A DNA stretch of 64,000 nt from Haliotis rufescens (Eukaryota): assembly GCF_023055435.1 (NCBI RefSeq), contig NW_025963835.1, positions 2,046,001 to 2,110,000 of the forward strand, in the 5' to 3' direction. Below the pieces are notes generated by a model. That model saw only the letters and a list, made by a program, of their open reading frames with translations. It did no database searches and was not told the DNA's origin. Each line of letters opens with the position of its first letter. Position 1 is the first letter of the stretch. A program made the translations under genes and the position numbers. Below are positions 25,942 to 38,652 of the stretch, piece after piece.

Positions 25942-27499
25942 ACCAAAGCTGTTGCCATTGCAAAGCAAACGCAAGTTCGGAACATGCGATAATGACTTAT
26001 AACATTTAAGAAGTGATTTTTTATCTTTAAATTTCATATTGTTGTTATCTATTCAATTGTTATTTCGTTTTACAAGAATATAACATCGCAATACTTAAAC
26101 CAGCGTATTGTGTTGTTTTTTTCACGAGGGTTGAAATCGCCCTGGAAATGTACATAAACAACGGTCTTTCAGAAGTCAAGATTACTTGTTGGCTTATTGT
26201 CTCGGGAGGTGTGGGTGGTGGAGAGGGACAAGGCTGACACAGTCACCTTAACCGCCGCAATTCGCTGTGCAAGTTAAGTCAGCTTTTAAGTACAAACAAA
26301 GGTTTGGATGCAATCGTAACACACCAGTGCAGAGGAAAAGAGTATATCTCGGATTTGTTAATTTTTGTTGTTGATTCATGTTGTATTGCTTATGTAGTAT
26401 ACACGATTGCCTCCGTTGCCTGGAGGATAGAGCTTCTGACCCAGTCGGTGGTTCGATCCCCGGCCATCGATACTATAAAACGTTAATAGATGGTATTTAT
26501 TGTTACCCTGCCCGGCGCTCGGCATTAACGGGCTAAACAAGGACTGGTCGGCTATGAGGTCAGTACACTGTGTCTGAGTGGGGTATTCATGTTAAACTGC
26601 GACATGGCATCTCTGTGGGTTAGCACTATGAAATCAGCATTAGTCCGGACTAGTATGAGCAGACAAACACACACACACACGCACGCACACACACACACAC
26701 ACATACTTACGCACGCAAGCGCACACATGTACGAACGCACGCGCACACATGTACGTCGCTGTATAAGTACAATAATCTTTACATTAAACCCAATTTTACC
26801 TCACCTCAACTCCATGCTGCACCTTACAGTGCTCGTGGATTTCACCAAAGTGAAGCCGCATCACTTCAGGCTTTCCTTCTACATCAAGTTGACACGCCCT
26901 TATACAAGTAAAATACTGTTGAAAGCGGCGTTAACCACCTGGATGCCGAGTTATAATTTTGACGCACATGCTTATGTGATTGTAGTATCGGGGGGTTTAA
27001 CCCATCTCACTTACTCACTCGCTATAAAAATGCTTGGCGTAATGAGTATCAAAGAAAAGGTAGTCTGCACCCATTTGTCATACACCCCGTTTTGTGGACA
27101 GGTTAAATATAGTGGTGCTGGGTTGACATATTGTGGCCACTCATTGTTACAATGGAACATCCCTGACAGGATTAAACTTGTCATGTTATGGTATAGGAGG
27201 TTAGGCTTGAATATTGTCGGGAGCAAAGAGATCAAGACAACTAACTGAAAATATTCATTCGCCTTGTGGTTAAATATACTTCAGAAGCAAGATAATGTTT
27301 CATTGCTCAATAATAACGTTTTAAGAGTTGATCGAAACATTAGTAAAGAGATTGACTATAACATCTTCTCTTGAGTGGATTACTGTACAGTATCTAGATT
27401 TAGAAATCATCACTGTGATAAATGTCAACAGTGTTAGATAAATAACAGAATGTACTCAAAACGAAAGGGTACCCTTATCATACGTCCCCCCCCCCCCCC

Positions 27500-27544
<45 letters not shown>

Positions 27545-28049
27545 ATCTATCTCTCTCTCAGTCGCCTCTATATGTCTCTCTCATAGCGCGAAATCTTCAC
27601 CAATAGAGGGTTATCTCCCTTTGAGACATATCGCCCAATCCAATGACGTCATAGACAGGAACAATAGGATGACGTCATAGAATGGTTTCCATGACGACAT
27701 ACCTGGTTTGCACGCCAGTCGACAGCACGACATCGTAGCTATCAGACGTACATTTCTTGCTTCCTGGAAACTTCATAGTTGTTTGCAGTTGAGTGTACCT
27801 TTTTACCAGTGCAACTCTAACCGAAGTGTATAAGGTGAGAACACTGCATTTAGAAATTTCCGAAAAACTGAAATGTCTTGTGGGAAAGATGTGGTTTTGA
27901 AGGTTATTGAACAGTGTAAACGTATCTGTAGAACACTACATTATGTCTCAGACAACAGCCTTCTTTATTGTTCCTGTAACTATCATACCCTCGCAGCCAC
28001 GGTCTAGCAGCTGGTCTGTAGTTTCACATTCATATTTCATTTTCTCCAG

Positions 28050-29589
28050 ATGAGTCTGCATCCTCAAGCGCGGTCGAGACGCCGGAAAATTCTCTCGCCC
28101 ATTCTTGAAACGAACGAGGGCGAAATAATCCCAATCAGACTAACACCCACAGAAAAAGAACATTTACTTGGTAAGTGTTAAATATACTCCTAGAACTTAA
28201 TGTTTATTGTGCAGTAGTCATTAATTTTATTGGAATTTCAGAAATAATCGCTTGGTGTGTGTAGGAGTTAATAATACACTGCATTAAAACAAACATAAAT
28301 AATCCATAAATATACACAGTCAAGCCTTCGGTCCCTCGGCCTTCATCAGGCACACTCTGTTGGTTTCCACTACACAGTGGAAGGTCCAAGACATGTAATT
28401 GTGCCTGATGAAGGTCGGGAGGCCGGAAACGTGACTGTACATATTTATTTATTTATTTATTTATTTGAATTCAGCGATGGGAATATATACAAAAGAAGAT
28501 TTATCAATAATCCAGTCAATGTAAAATCTAGTGTATTGTAAGCCAGATAAACTGTAAATGCGTTCAACCCAACAATGTCACAGTTGTCAACAATGTCAAC
28601 AAGTTGGTCTCGAAATATATATGTATATAATCTTTTCTTTTATGTTCGCAGTTCAGTACATGGACTTAAAGTCTCAAGTTGGAGATTTGGAGGAAAGGTA
28701 AACACTGTGAACTCTCATATACCTTTTATCGTTATTATTTATTCTAAAAGAGATCTCCGAGTTTATATTTATTCTTGATAAAATACGAATTACCACATCC
28801 TTATATCCATCCAGGAACAATGGAAGATAATTTTATCTATGTTTTAATAGTATTGATAACTAAGCATTGTTATATATATTGAATATATATGTATGTATCT
28901 TCTAATCGTAAACATATTTCTACTTCAGCCTTCTTGACCATCTCTTCCATGAGAACAAGAAACTCCTAGAAGAGAATGAGCGACAGAGGCGAGAAGTGAG
29001 CCATGAGAGAGAGTTGCGGCTGAAGGCCGAGGCTGAAAGACAACAGTTCCGACTAGACTATTATAACTATAAACTCAGTTTCACAATGGAGCAGGCTGAG
29101 CTCCGGGAAGTGAAGAAAACACTGGAGGAGCTGGCGGGAATGTGGGAGACGGAGAAGAAGGCGGAGGAGGAACAGAGGAAAAAGCTGGAGGAAGAGCTGA
29201 AGCAGCTGAAGTCACACCATCAGCTTGCTGTGCATGAACTGGCTGCCCTCCAGCGCCACACTGCTCCTCTGACCTGTCAGACTCCCGGCAAGACACAGCC
29301 CAGTCTTCCCTCCGTGGCTCCTCCAGTTCAGCCGAAGAAGGCACACAGACCCTACACGGGGCGATCTAAGAACAAATGTCTAAACAATGCTTCATCTGCC
29401 AAGTCGGACCTCCTCGCCTCAGGGGACAACTTAATCAAGGCCAAGGTTAGAACAACTCAGAACAACTTGAAGATCGCTGGTGGTGTTTTGCCCAAAGACT
29501 CGCAAATACACAATGCTGCCAAGAAACCAATCCGATCAACCAAGGGTGTTTCTATTGCAAAGCAAACGCAAGTTCGGAACATGCGATAA
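28050..29589 (+). CDS. Coiled-coil orphan protein, copy 3 (275 aa)
   Basis: Exons 28050-28170, 28652-28697 and 28929-29589. Confidence 0.8.
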
Positions 29590-29931
29590 TGACTCATAAC
29601 ATTTAAGAAGTGATTTGTTATCTTTAAATTCCATATTGTTGTTATCTATTTAATTGTTATTTCGTTTTACAAGAATATAACATCGCAATACTTAAACCAG
29701 CGTATTGTGTTGTTTTTTAACGAGGGTTGAAATTCACCATCAAAATGCACACAAATAAAACGGTCTTTCAGAAGTCAAATCAGTTGTTGGCTTATTGTCT
29801 CAGCAGGTGTGGGTGGGTGGAGAGGAACAGGACTGACACAGTCGCAATTCGCTGTGCAGGTTAAGTCAGCCTCAAAGTACAAACAAAAGGAAAGGATGCG
29901 TTCGTAACACACCAGTGCAAAGGAAAAGAGT

Positions 29932-32900
29932 TCAATACCCATATGGGCTCAAATATGCTATGTAATAACTTTTTGATATTTGCACAGTGGGAAATTTGGC
30001 ATTCTCGAAGCTAATTGGTCAGTTGAACAAAGATCAAATTTCATTGGACAACGGAACTATTTTTTTCTCATTCCATTCATTCACAAATCCATGCCTCTCC
30101 CTTCAGATGTTTTACGTGCTACAAACTCACTTATTCGAGATTTTTAAGACAAGAAACATACTTTCATATCAACAATATGATTTCACGTTATTATTTTTTC
30201 ATTTATTTCACATGATTTTCATTTCATTGAGAGTAAAAACAAAAACTACGTCCGCGTTTGTAAACAAACATGGCTGGCCATTTGACACCTGTCAAAGTAA
30301 ATGACCTCGTTAAAGCGGACGGAGATCTGACTGACATGAAGAGTTATTCGTATAATTCAAACTCTGAACACACTTAATTTAATGTTTTTGTTGTCAAAAC
30401 TGGGCCTACCCTTAGAATACAGTACCACAAACTTTTCAAACACGTGACAATACTCTATGGCGTAATTTGTAGTATTTTGTTGCCAGTCACACCGGCGAAA
30501 CAATGCCCTGGGACGTCAGGGGTCATCGAGTGTGCATAAGCTCCTCCCAGTGATCTATCATCTCTACACGAAATGTCATTAAATACGCCAAGGGTTGTGG
30601 AGAGTTTTGAATATGTGTTTACTGAATATAGCCTGCGGCGGCGCATTTTATAGCAAGCGCTAGTTTACAAAAGCACTTTTATTTTTTATATATTTTTTAT
30701 TTCGTTTTTCTCGTAATTCAAGTGGCTAAAAGGGTTATAAATGGGAACTAATATACATGTATTATTTTTTCGGTTAAATAAGTTTCAGTATTATGCAAAA
30801 GAATGTAGATCTAGTTTATTAGGGATATTATTTTGGCGCTGAACACATCCAAATATCGCTAGTGTTAGGGTAGGTTACCCCGAACTCTATCCTTAGCCCT
30901 TGGTTCCCCTTTACGATCAATCACCCCTTTTCGATCATTAGGGTTAGGTACCCGTTTAGTGGCTATTAGATTACCCCAATTCTGTCCTTAGCCCTTGGAT
31001 CCCCTTTACGATCAATCATCCCTTCACGATCATTAGAGTTCGGTAAATCTACCCGTTTAGTTTCTCCTAATATTCTTCACACACAAAAATCGAGTAAAAG
31101 GAATGAAATGGTTTTGTGTCGAACACTTTGGCTACTGGAAACTGTCCTGGAACATTCACACAAGCCACTTTTACCGGCTACATTTTTTCATTACTGATTC
31201 AAAAGCGAACTCACCATTGTGTCGTCACTAGCCATGCACATGCCTCCCTCGTTCCTTACTATTATCCACATCATCCTTACAGTGTTCCCTACCACACTTT
31301 TCTGTCCCAAATCAACACGACGAATTATTAAATAACACGTCATTCATGCGTACTCGCGAGTTCGACGTCTGACGCCTTGATCCGTTTTCAGTTCGCGCCA
31401 TATCGGATCATTCCTCGCCACTCGGTATATTGTAGATTACGGAATGGGACGAGTGTGCCAAATGGCATCGGGATCATTTGTAAGTGTCGATAGACTAAAG
31501 TCACGAGACACCATATAACGTCGTAGGCATGACTAGGTAAATTTGCACTTTGTTTCACAGTGCGGACGTAGCTCAGTCGGTTTGCTGTCGGGCTAACAAT
31601 CCGAAGGTCGCGAGTTCGCTTCCGACGGATTCACACAAAAACTGGTTGCTTGTCTTTAAGACATGTGACCTTCCTCACGAGAAGTTATGGTACTGTATTC
31701 TACAGGTGATCTCAAAACTGCATATGGCTAGATTGAAGTTCCAAGATTCAGATTGTGATGTTGCCAGGAACTGTTTCTAGTGCGCCAAGATCAACACCAC
31801 CAAGTCCGGGTTTGCGTCTGTCTTAGAGGACTTGCTTTTTTACGAATTTTTCGACCACCCAAATCCAAAAACCAGACTTTGTACAGACAGGTTTGCCTTT
31901 GTGAACGATGATGACACCGATAACTGCTAGTGAAAATGAAAACACAATGAAAAAGACTAAAGCTGACAAACTGACACAAATTAACTTAGTGCACAAATTT
32001 ATACAGGTAAGAAAAACACGAAAAATAAGACTACTCACACTTTCAACGATGACATGAGAATAAAAACAAATTCATTTTGCAACAACATTTAGACTTTCCG
32101 AAAGACATCATAAAGATACACCATTTCGTAGAATTTTGTAACGTTGTGTGAAGAAATAAGAACGTGACACTTCTTTATACAATGTATACGTTTTTGTAAC
32201 TGCGATGTAAGCAAAGTACGGCGCTGAGCGGTATGCAGGCTGACTGACGTCCGGGCACCATAAGACACAGGAAAGGTGCAACTAAACATTATTCTTTGCA
32301 AATTTATCATTTCAGCATGCACATCAGACGGTTCAGAATTCGAAATGTCAACTTTGAAGGAGAGCATAGAGTGTTGCCTTGGCGAAAAGATTACCAACAT
32401 ATATCTGGATGCGAAATCGATGCTGAACTCGGAGAGGTTTTGAAATCAAAACAAAAATAATTTAAAACACAAGAAAAGGAAAACTTACCCCAGCGAGCTG
32501 ATCCTGTGTCCAATATTGAACTAAATGAACTCCGTGAATGCGGACAGCTTGGCACAAAGTCTCCAGATACCGTGTTAGTTTATCAACAGGTATTCGACCA
32601 TGATGAATAATATCAAAATATCAACAAATTCCCGCATCTGTGTCCACTCCACAAGCGTGTTTGACATGTCTTCCTTAAATCCCACTTGTTTCCGATCAGT
32701 CACATTTGTCTCAAATAACACACGATTTTCATTAAACTTGTTGTCCAGAGTAAACTGTAACGCCGGTTCTCATGTCATTCGATCCTGGTTTCGGATGTCT
32801 CATATCTGGGTCAAGTCGGGTCATTCATTCCGACACTGTGACAGCAATCGTACTGCTCAAAGTTTACTTTCTTTTCGTAACTTTTCTCTAACAAACAAGA

Positions 32901-33603
32901 CTTCTGTACATTCCGTCTATGTTGTTGTTATAGGTTTTGGCATTTTTTTCTAATAACACATAAAAAATTGGACAGGTTTTCCGTGTTTCCTCTTCTCAAT
33001 GTGAAATGCATGTCTCTGCCGATGCACGACGGGGGCTGTCTGTCAGTGACGAGATCTGGTTGTCAAAACAAGCCTTGATTAAAAAACCTGATGAACCTTT
33101 TTGGAAACTTGTCTTCTTTATCAATGCTAGATACTGTACGCTGTGTAAATCGGACAGAAATACAACTGAAATAATGTGATCTTGACAGTTCTTTAACAGA
33201 ACTATATTTTTCATGCGTAACAACACGTTAATATTCGTAATGCGATTGGAGAGAATGGACAGTGTTTTTACACGCGGATTGATACAAACAGCTGATTTTT
33301 GATCGGCGACAGGATTTTTCCCCCTTGGTTTTGGTTTTGGTTTGTTGTTTAACGCCGCACTCAGCAATATTCCAGCTATATGACGGCGGTCTGTAAATAA
33401 TCGAGTCTGGACCAGACAATCCAGTGATTGATATCATGAGCATATCGATGCACGCAATTGGGATCGATGACCTGCATCAACCAAGTGAGCCTGAAACGTC
33501 TTTAATATTATAACGGGTAATAAATAGAATAACCCTCTGGGTACGAGTGATTACGGAAATTATGTCACTCGTAAAATTAATGTTGTAAGTTCCTCGCTAA
33601 AGC
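29932..33603. mobile_element. Unclassified ~3.7-kb composite insertion replacing ~240 bp of the tandem unit
   Basis: Unit sequence stops after GGAAAAGAGT (29931) and resumes at CTGTGTCTGAG (~33605). The insert contains a 95-bp direct repeat (30891/30986), a tRNA-like head and a SINE B fragment (33340-33490). Confidence 0.6.
31562..31633 (+). pseudogene. tRNA-like sequence (SINE head or pseudo-tRNA)
   Basis: A box TAGCTCAGTCGG and B-box-like GAGTTCGCTTCC. The acceptor stem does not pair. Confidence 0.55.
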
Positions 33604-35086
33604 TCTGTGTCTGAGTAGGGTATTCATGTTAAACTGCGGCATTGTATCTCAGTGGGCTAGTACTATGAAATCAGCACTAGTCCGCACGAGTATGAGCAGA
33701 CAAACAAACACACATACACACACACACACGCACGCACACAAACACACTTACGCACGCACGCGCACACATGTACGAACGCACGCGCACACATGTTTGTCGC
33801 TGTATAAGTACAATAATCTTTACATTAAACCCAATTTTACCTCACCTCAACTTCATTCTACACCATACACGTGGTCGTGGATTTCACCAAAGTAAAGCCG
33901 CATCCTTTCAGGCTTTCCTTCTACATCAAGTTGACACGCCTTATACAAATGAAATACTGTTGAAAACGGCGTTAACCCCCTGGATGCAGAGTTATAATTT
34001 TGACGCACATGCTTATATGATTGTGGCATCGCGGGGGTTTAACCCATCTCACTTACTCACTAGCTGTAAAAAGGTTTTGCGTAATGAGTATCAAAGAAAG
34101 GGTATTCTGCACCCATTTGTCATACACCCTGTTTTGCTGACAGGTTCAATAGAGTGGTGCTGGGTTGACATACTGTGGCCACTCATTGTTACAATGGAAC
34201 ATCCTTGACAGGATTAAACTTATCATGTTATGGTATAGAAGGTTAGGCTTGAATATTGTCGGGAGCAAAGAGATCAAGACAACTAACTGAAATAATTCAT
34301 TCGCCTTGGGGTTAAATATACTTCAGAAGCAAGATAATGTTTCATTGCTCAATAATAACGTTTTTAGAGATGATCGAAACTGTAGTAAAGGGAAAGACTA
34401 TAAAATCTTCCCTTGAGTGGATTAAATTTACTGTACGGTATCTAGATTTAGAAATCATCAATGTGATAAATATCAACACTGTTAGATAAATAACAGAATG
34501 TACTCAAAATAAAAGGTTACTCTTATCATACGTCTCCCCACCCCCCTCTCTCTCTCTCTATCTGCGTCTCTCTCTTTCTCTCTATCTATCTCTCACTCGC
34601 TATCTGTCTCTGTCTCTCTCGTAGCGCGAAATCTTCACCAATAGAGGGTTATCGCCCTTTGAGACATATCGCCCAATCCAATGACGTCATAGACAGGAAC
34701 AATAGGATGACGTCATAGAATGGTTCCATGACGACATACCTGGTTTGCCAGCCAGTCGACAGCACGACATCGTAGCAATCAGACGTACATTTCTTGCTTC
34801 CTGGAAATTTCAGAGTTGTTTGCAGTCGAGTGTACCCTTTTACCAGTGCAACTCTAACCGAAGTGTATAAGGTGAGAACACTTTATTTAGAATTTTCCAA
34901 AGAACAGAAATGTCTTGTTGGAAAGGTGTGGTTTTGAAGGTTATTGAACAGTGTAAACATATCTGTAGAACACTACATTATGTCTCAGACAACAGCCTTC
35001 TTTAATGTTCCTGTAACTATCATACCCTCGCAGCCGCGATTCAAATGTTAGTCTTTAGTTTCACATTCAGATTTCATTTTCTCCAG

Positions 35087-36615
35087 ATGAGTCTGCATCC
35101 TCAAGTGCGGTCGAGACGCCGGAAAATTCTCTCGCCCATTCTTGAAACGAACGAGGGCGAAATAATCCCAATCAGACTAACACCCACAGAAAAAGAACAT
35201 TTACTTGGTAAGTGTTGAATATACTCCAAGAACGCATTGTCTTTTGCGTCGTCGTCATTAATTTAATTGGAATATCAGAAGAAAATCACTTGATGTGTGG
35301 TGGAGTTAATAATACACTGCATTAAAACAAACATAAATAATCCATAAATATACACAGTCCAGCCTTCGGTCCCTCGGCCTTCATCAGGCACACTCTGTTG
35401 GTTTCCACTACACAGTGGAAGGTCCAAAACATGTAATTGATGAAGGTCGGGAGGCCGGAAGCATGACTGTACATATTTAGGTATGTATTTGAATTCAGCG
35501 ATGGGAATAAATACAAAAGAAGATTTATCAATAATCCAGTCAATGTAAAATCTAGTATATTGTAATCCAGATAAACTGTAAATGCGTTCAACCCAACAAT
35601 GTCACAGTTGTCAACAATGTCAACAAGTTGGTCTCGAAATATATATGTATATAATCTTTTCTTTTATGTTCGCAGTTCAGTATATGGACTTAAAGTCCCA
35701 AGTTGGAGATTTGGAGGAAAGGTAAACACTGTGAACTCTCATATACCTTTTATCGTTATTATTTTTTTTAAAAGAGATCTCCGAGTTTATATTTATCCTT
35801 GATAAAATACGAGTTACCACATCCTTATATCCATCCAGGAACAATGGAAGATAATTATATCTATGTTTTAATGGTATTGATAACTAAGCATTGCTCAACT
35901 CTGATTGAATATACATGTATGTATCTTCTAATCGTAAACATATTTCTTCTTCAGCCTCCTCGATCATCTCTTCAGTGAGAACAAGAAACTCCTAGAAGAG
36001 AATGAGCGACAGAGGCGAGAAGTGAGCCATGAGAGAGAGTTGCGGCTGAAGGCCGAGGCTGAAAGACAACAGTTCCGACTAGACTATTTTAACTATAAAC
36101 TCAGTTTCACAATGGAGCAGGCTGAGCTCCGGGAAGTGAAGAAAACACTGGAGGAGCTGGCGGGAATGTGGGAGACGGAGAAGAAGGCGGAGGAGGAACA
36201 GAGGAAGAAGCTGGAGGAAGAGCTGAAGCAGCTGAAGTCACACCATCAGCTTGCTGTGCGTGAACTGGCTGCCCTCCAGCACCACACTGCTCCTCTGACC
36301 TGTCAGACTCCCGGCAAGACACAGCCCAGTCTTCCCTCCGTGGCTCCTCCAGGTAAGCCGAAGAAGGCACACAGACCCTACACGGGACGATCTAAGAACA
36401 AAGGTCTAAACAATGCCTCATCTGCCAAGTCGGACCTCCTCGCTTCAGGGGACAACTTAATCAAGGTCAAGGTTATAACAACCCAGAACAACTTAAAGAT
36501 CGCTGGTGGTGTTTTGCCCAAAGACTCGCAAATTCACAATGCTGCCAAGAAACCAATCCGATCAACCAAGGGTGTTTCTATTGCAAAGCAACCGCAAGTT
36601 CGGAACATGCGATAA
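35087..36615 (+). CDS. Coiled-coil orphan protein, copy 4 (275 aa)
   Basis: Exons 35087-35207, 35676-35721 and 35955-36615. Confidence 0.8.
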
Positions 36616-38652
36616 TGACTCATAACATTTAAGAAGTGATTTGTTATTTTTAAATTCCATATTGTTGTTATCTCTTTAATTGTTATTTCGTTTTACAAGA
36701 ATATAACATCGCAATACTTAAACTAGCGTATTGTGTTGTTTTATTTCACGAGGGTTGAAATCGCCATGGAAATGTACATAAAAAACGGTCTTTCAGAAGT
36801 CAAGATTACTTGTTGGATTATTGTCTCGGGGGTGTGGGTGGGTGGAGAGGGATAGGACTGACACAGACACCTTAACCGCCGCAATTCGCTGTGCAAGTTA
36901 AGTCAGCGCTAACGTACAAAGGTTTGGATGCATTCGTAACACACCAGTGTAGAGGAAAAGAGTATATCTCGGATTTGTTATATTTTTTGTTGATTCATGC
37001 TGTATTGCTTATGTAGTATACACGATTGCCTCCGTTGCCTGGAGGATAGAGCTTCTGACCCAGTCGGTGGTTCGATGGCCGGCCACGCCATACTATAAGA
37101 AGTTAATAGATGGTATTTATTGTTACCCTGCCCGGCGCTCGGCATTAACGGGCTAAACAAGGACTGGTCGGCTAAGAGGTCAGTACACTGTGTCTGAGTG
37201 GGGTATTAATGTTAAACTGCGACATGGTATCTCAGTGGGCTAGCACTATGAAATCAGCATTAGTCCGGACTAGTAGGATCAGACACACACGCGCACGCAC
37301 ACATGCACACACGTACGCACCCCCACACACGAAGGCACGCGCGCACATGTACGTCGCTGTATAAGTACAATAATCTTAACATTAAACCAAATTTTCCCTC
37401 ACCTCAACTCCATGCTACACATTACACGTGGTCGTGGATTTCACCAAAGTGAAGCCGCATCACTTCAGGCTTTCCTTCTACATCAAGTTGACACGCCCTT
37501 ATACAACTGAAATACTGTTGAAAGCGGCGTTAACCCCCTGGATGCAGAGTTATAATTTTGACGCACATGCTTATGTGATTGTGGCATCGGGGGGTTTAAC
37601 CCATCTCACTTACTCACTAGCTATAAAAAGGTTTGGTGTAATGAGTATCAAAGAAAGGGTATTCTGCAAGCATTTGTCATCCACCCCGCTTTGCTGACAG
37701 GTTCAATAAAGTGGTGCCTAGGTTGACATACTGTGGCCACTCATTGTTACAATGGAACATCCTTGACAGGATTAAACTTGTCATGTTATGGTATAGAAGG
37801 TTAGGCTTGAATATTGTCCTGAGCAAAGAGATCAAGACAACTAACTGAAATAATTCATTCGCCTTGGGGTTAAATATACTTCAGAAGCAAGATAATGTGT
37901 CATTGCTCAATAATAACGTTTTTAGAGATGATCGAAACAGTAGTAAAGGGATGGACTATAAAATCTTCCCTTGAGTGGATTAAATTTACTGTACGGTATC
38001 TAGATTTAGAAATCATCAATGTGATAAATATCAACACTGTTAGATAAATAACAGAATGTACTCAAAATAAAAGGTTACTCTTATCATACGTCCCCCCCCC
38101 CCCCCCCCCCCCCCTCCCTCTCTCTCTCTCTGTCTCTCTCTTTCTCTCTATCTATCTCTCACTCGCTATCTGTCTCTGTCTCTCTCGTAGCGCGAAATCT
38201 TCAACAATAGAGGGTTATCGCCCTTTGAGACATATCGCCCAATCCAATGACGTCATAGACAGGAACAATAGGATGACGTCATAGAATGGTTCCATGACGA
38301 CATACCTGGTTTGCCAGCCAGTCGACAGCACGACATCGTAGCAATCAGACGTACATTTCTTGCTTCCTGGAAATTTCAGAGTTGTTTGCAGTCGAGTGTA
38401 CCCTTTTACCAGTGCAACTCTAACCGAAGTGTATAAGGTGAGAACACTTTATTTAGAATTTTCCAAAGAACAGAAATGTCTTGTTGGAAAGGTGTGGTTT
38501 TGAAGGTTATTGAACAGTGTAAACATATCTGTAGAACACTACATTATGTCTCAGACAACAGCCTTCTTTAATGTTCCTGTAACTATCATACCCTCGCAGC
38601 CACGATTCAAATGTTAGTCTTTAGTTTCACATTCAGATTTCATTTTCTCCAG

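Noticed and set aside
26589-27248. 219-aa ORF
   Set aside because: Runs through SINE and (CA)n sequence, and is broken in the paralogous units.
33088-33110. CTGATGA...GAAAC hammerhead-like word
   Set aside because: No adequate stem II, I or III; likely chance.
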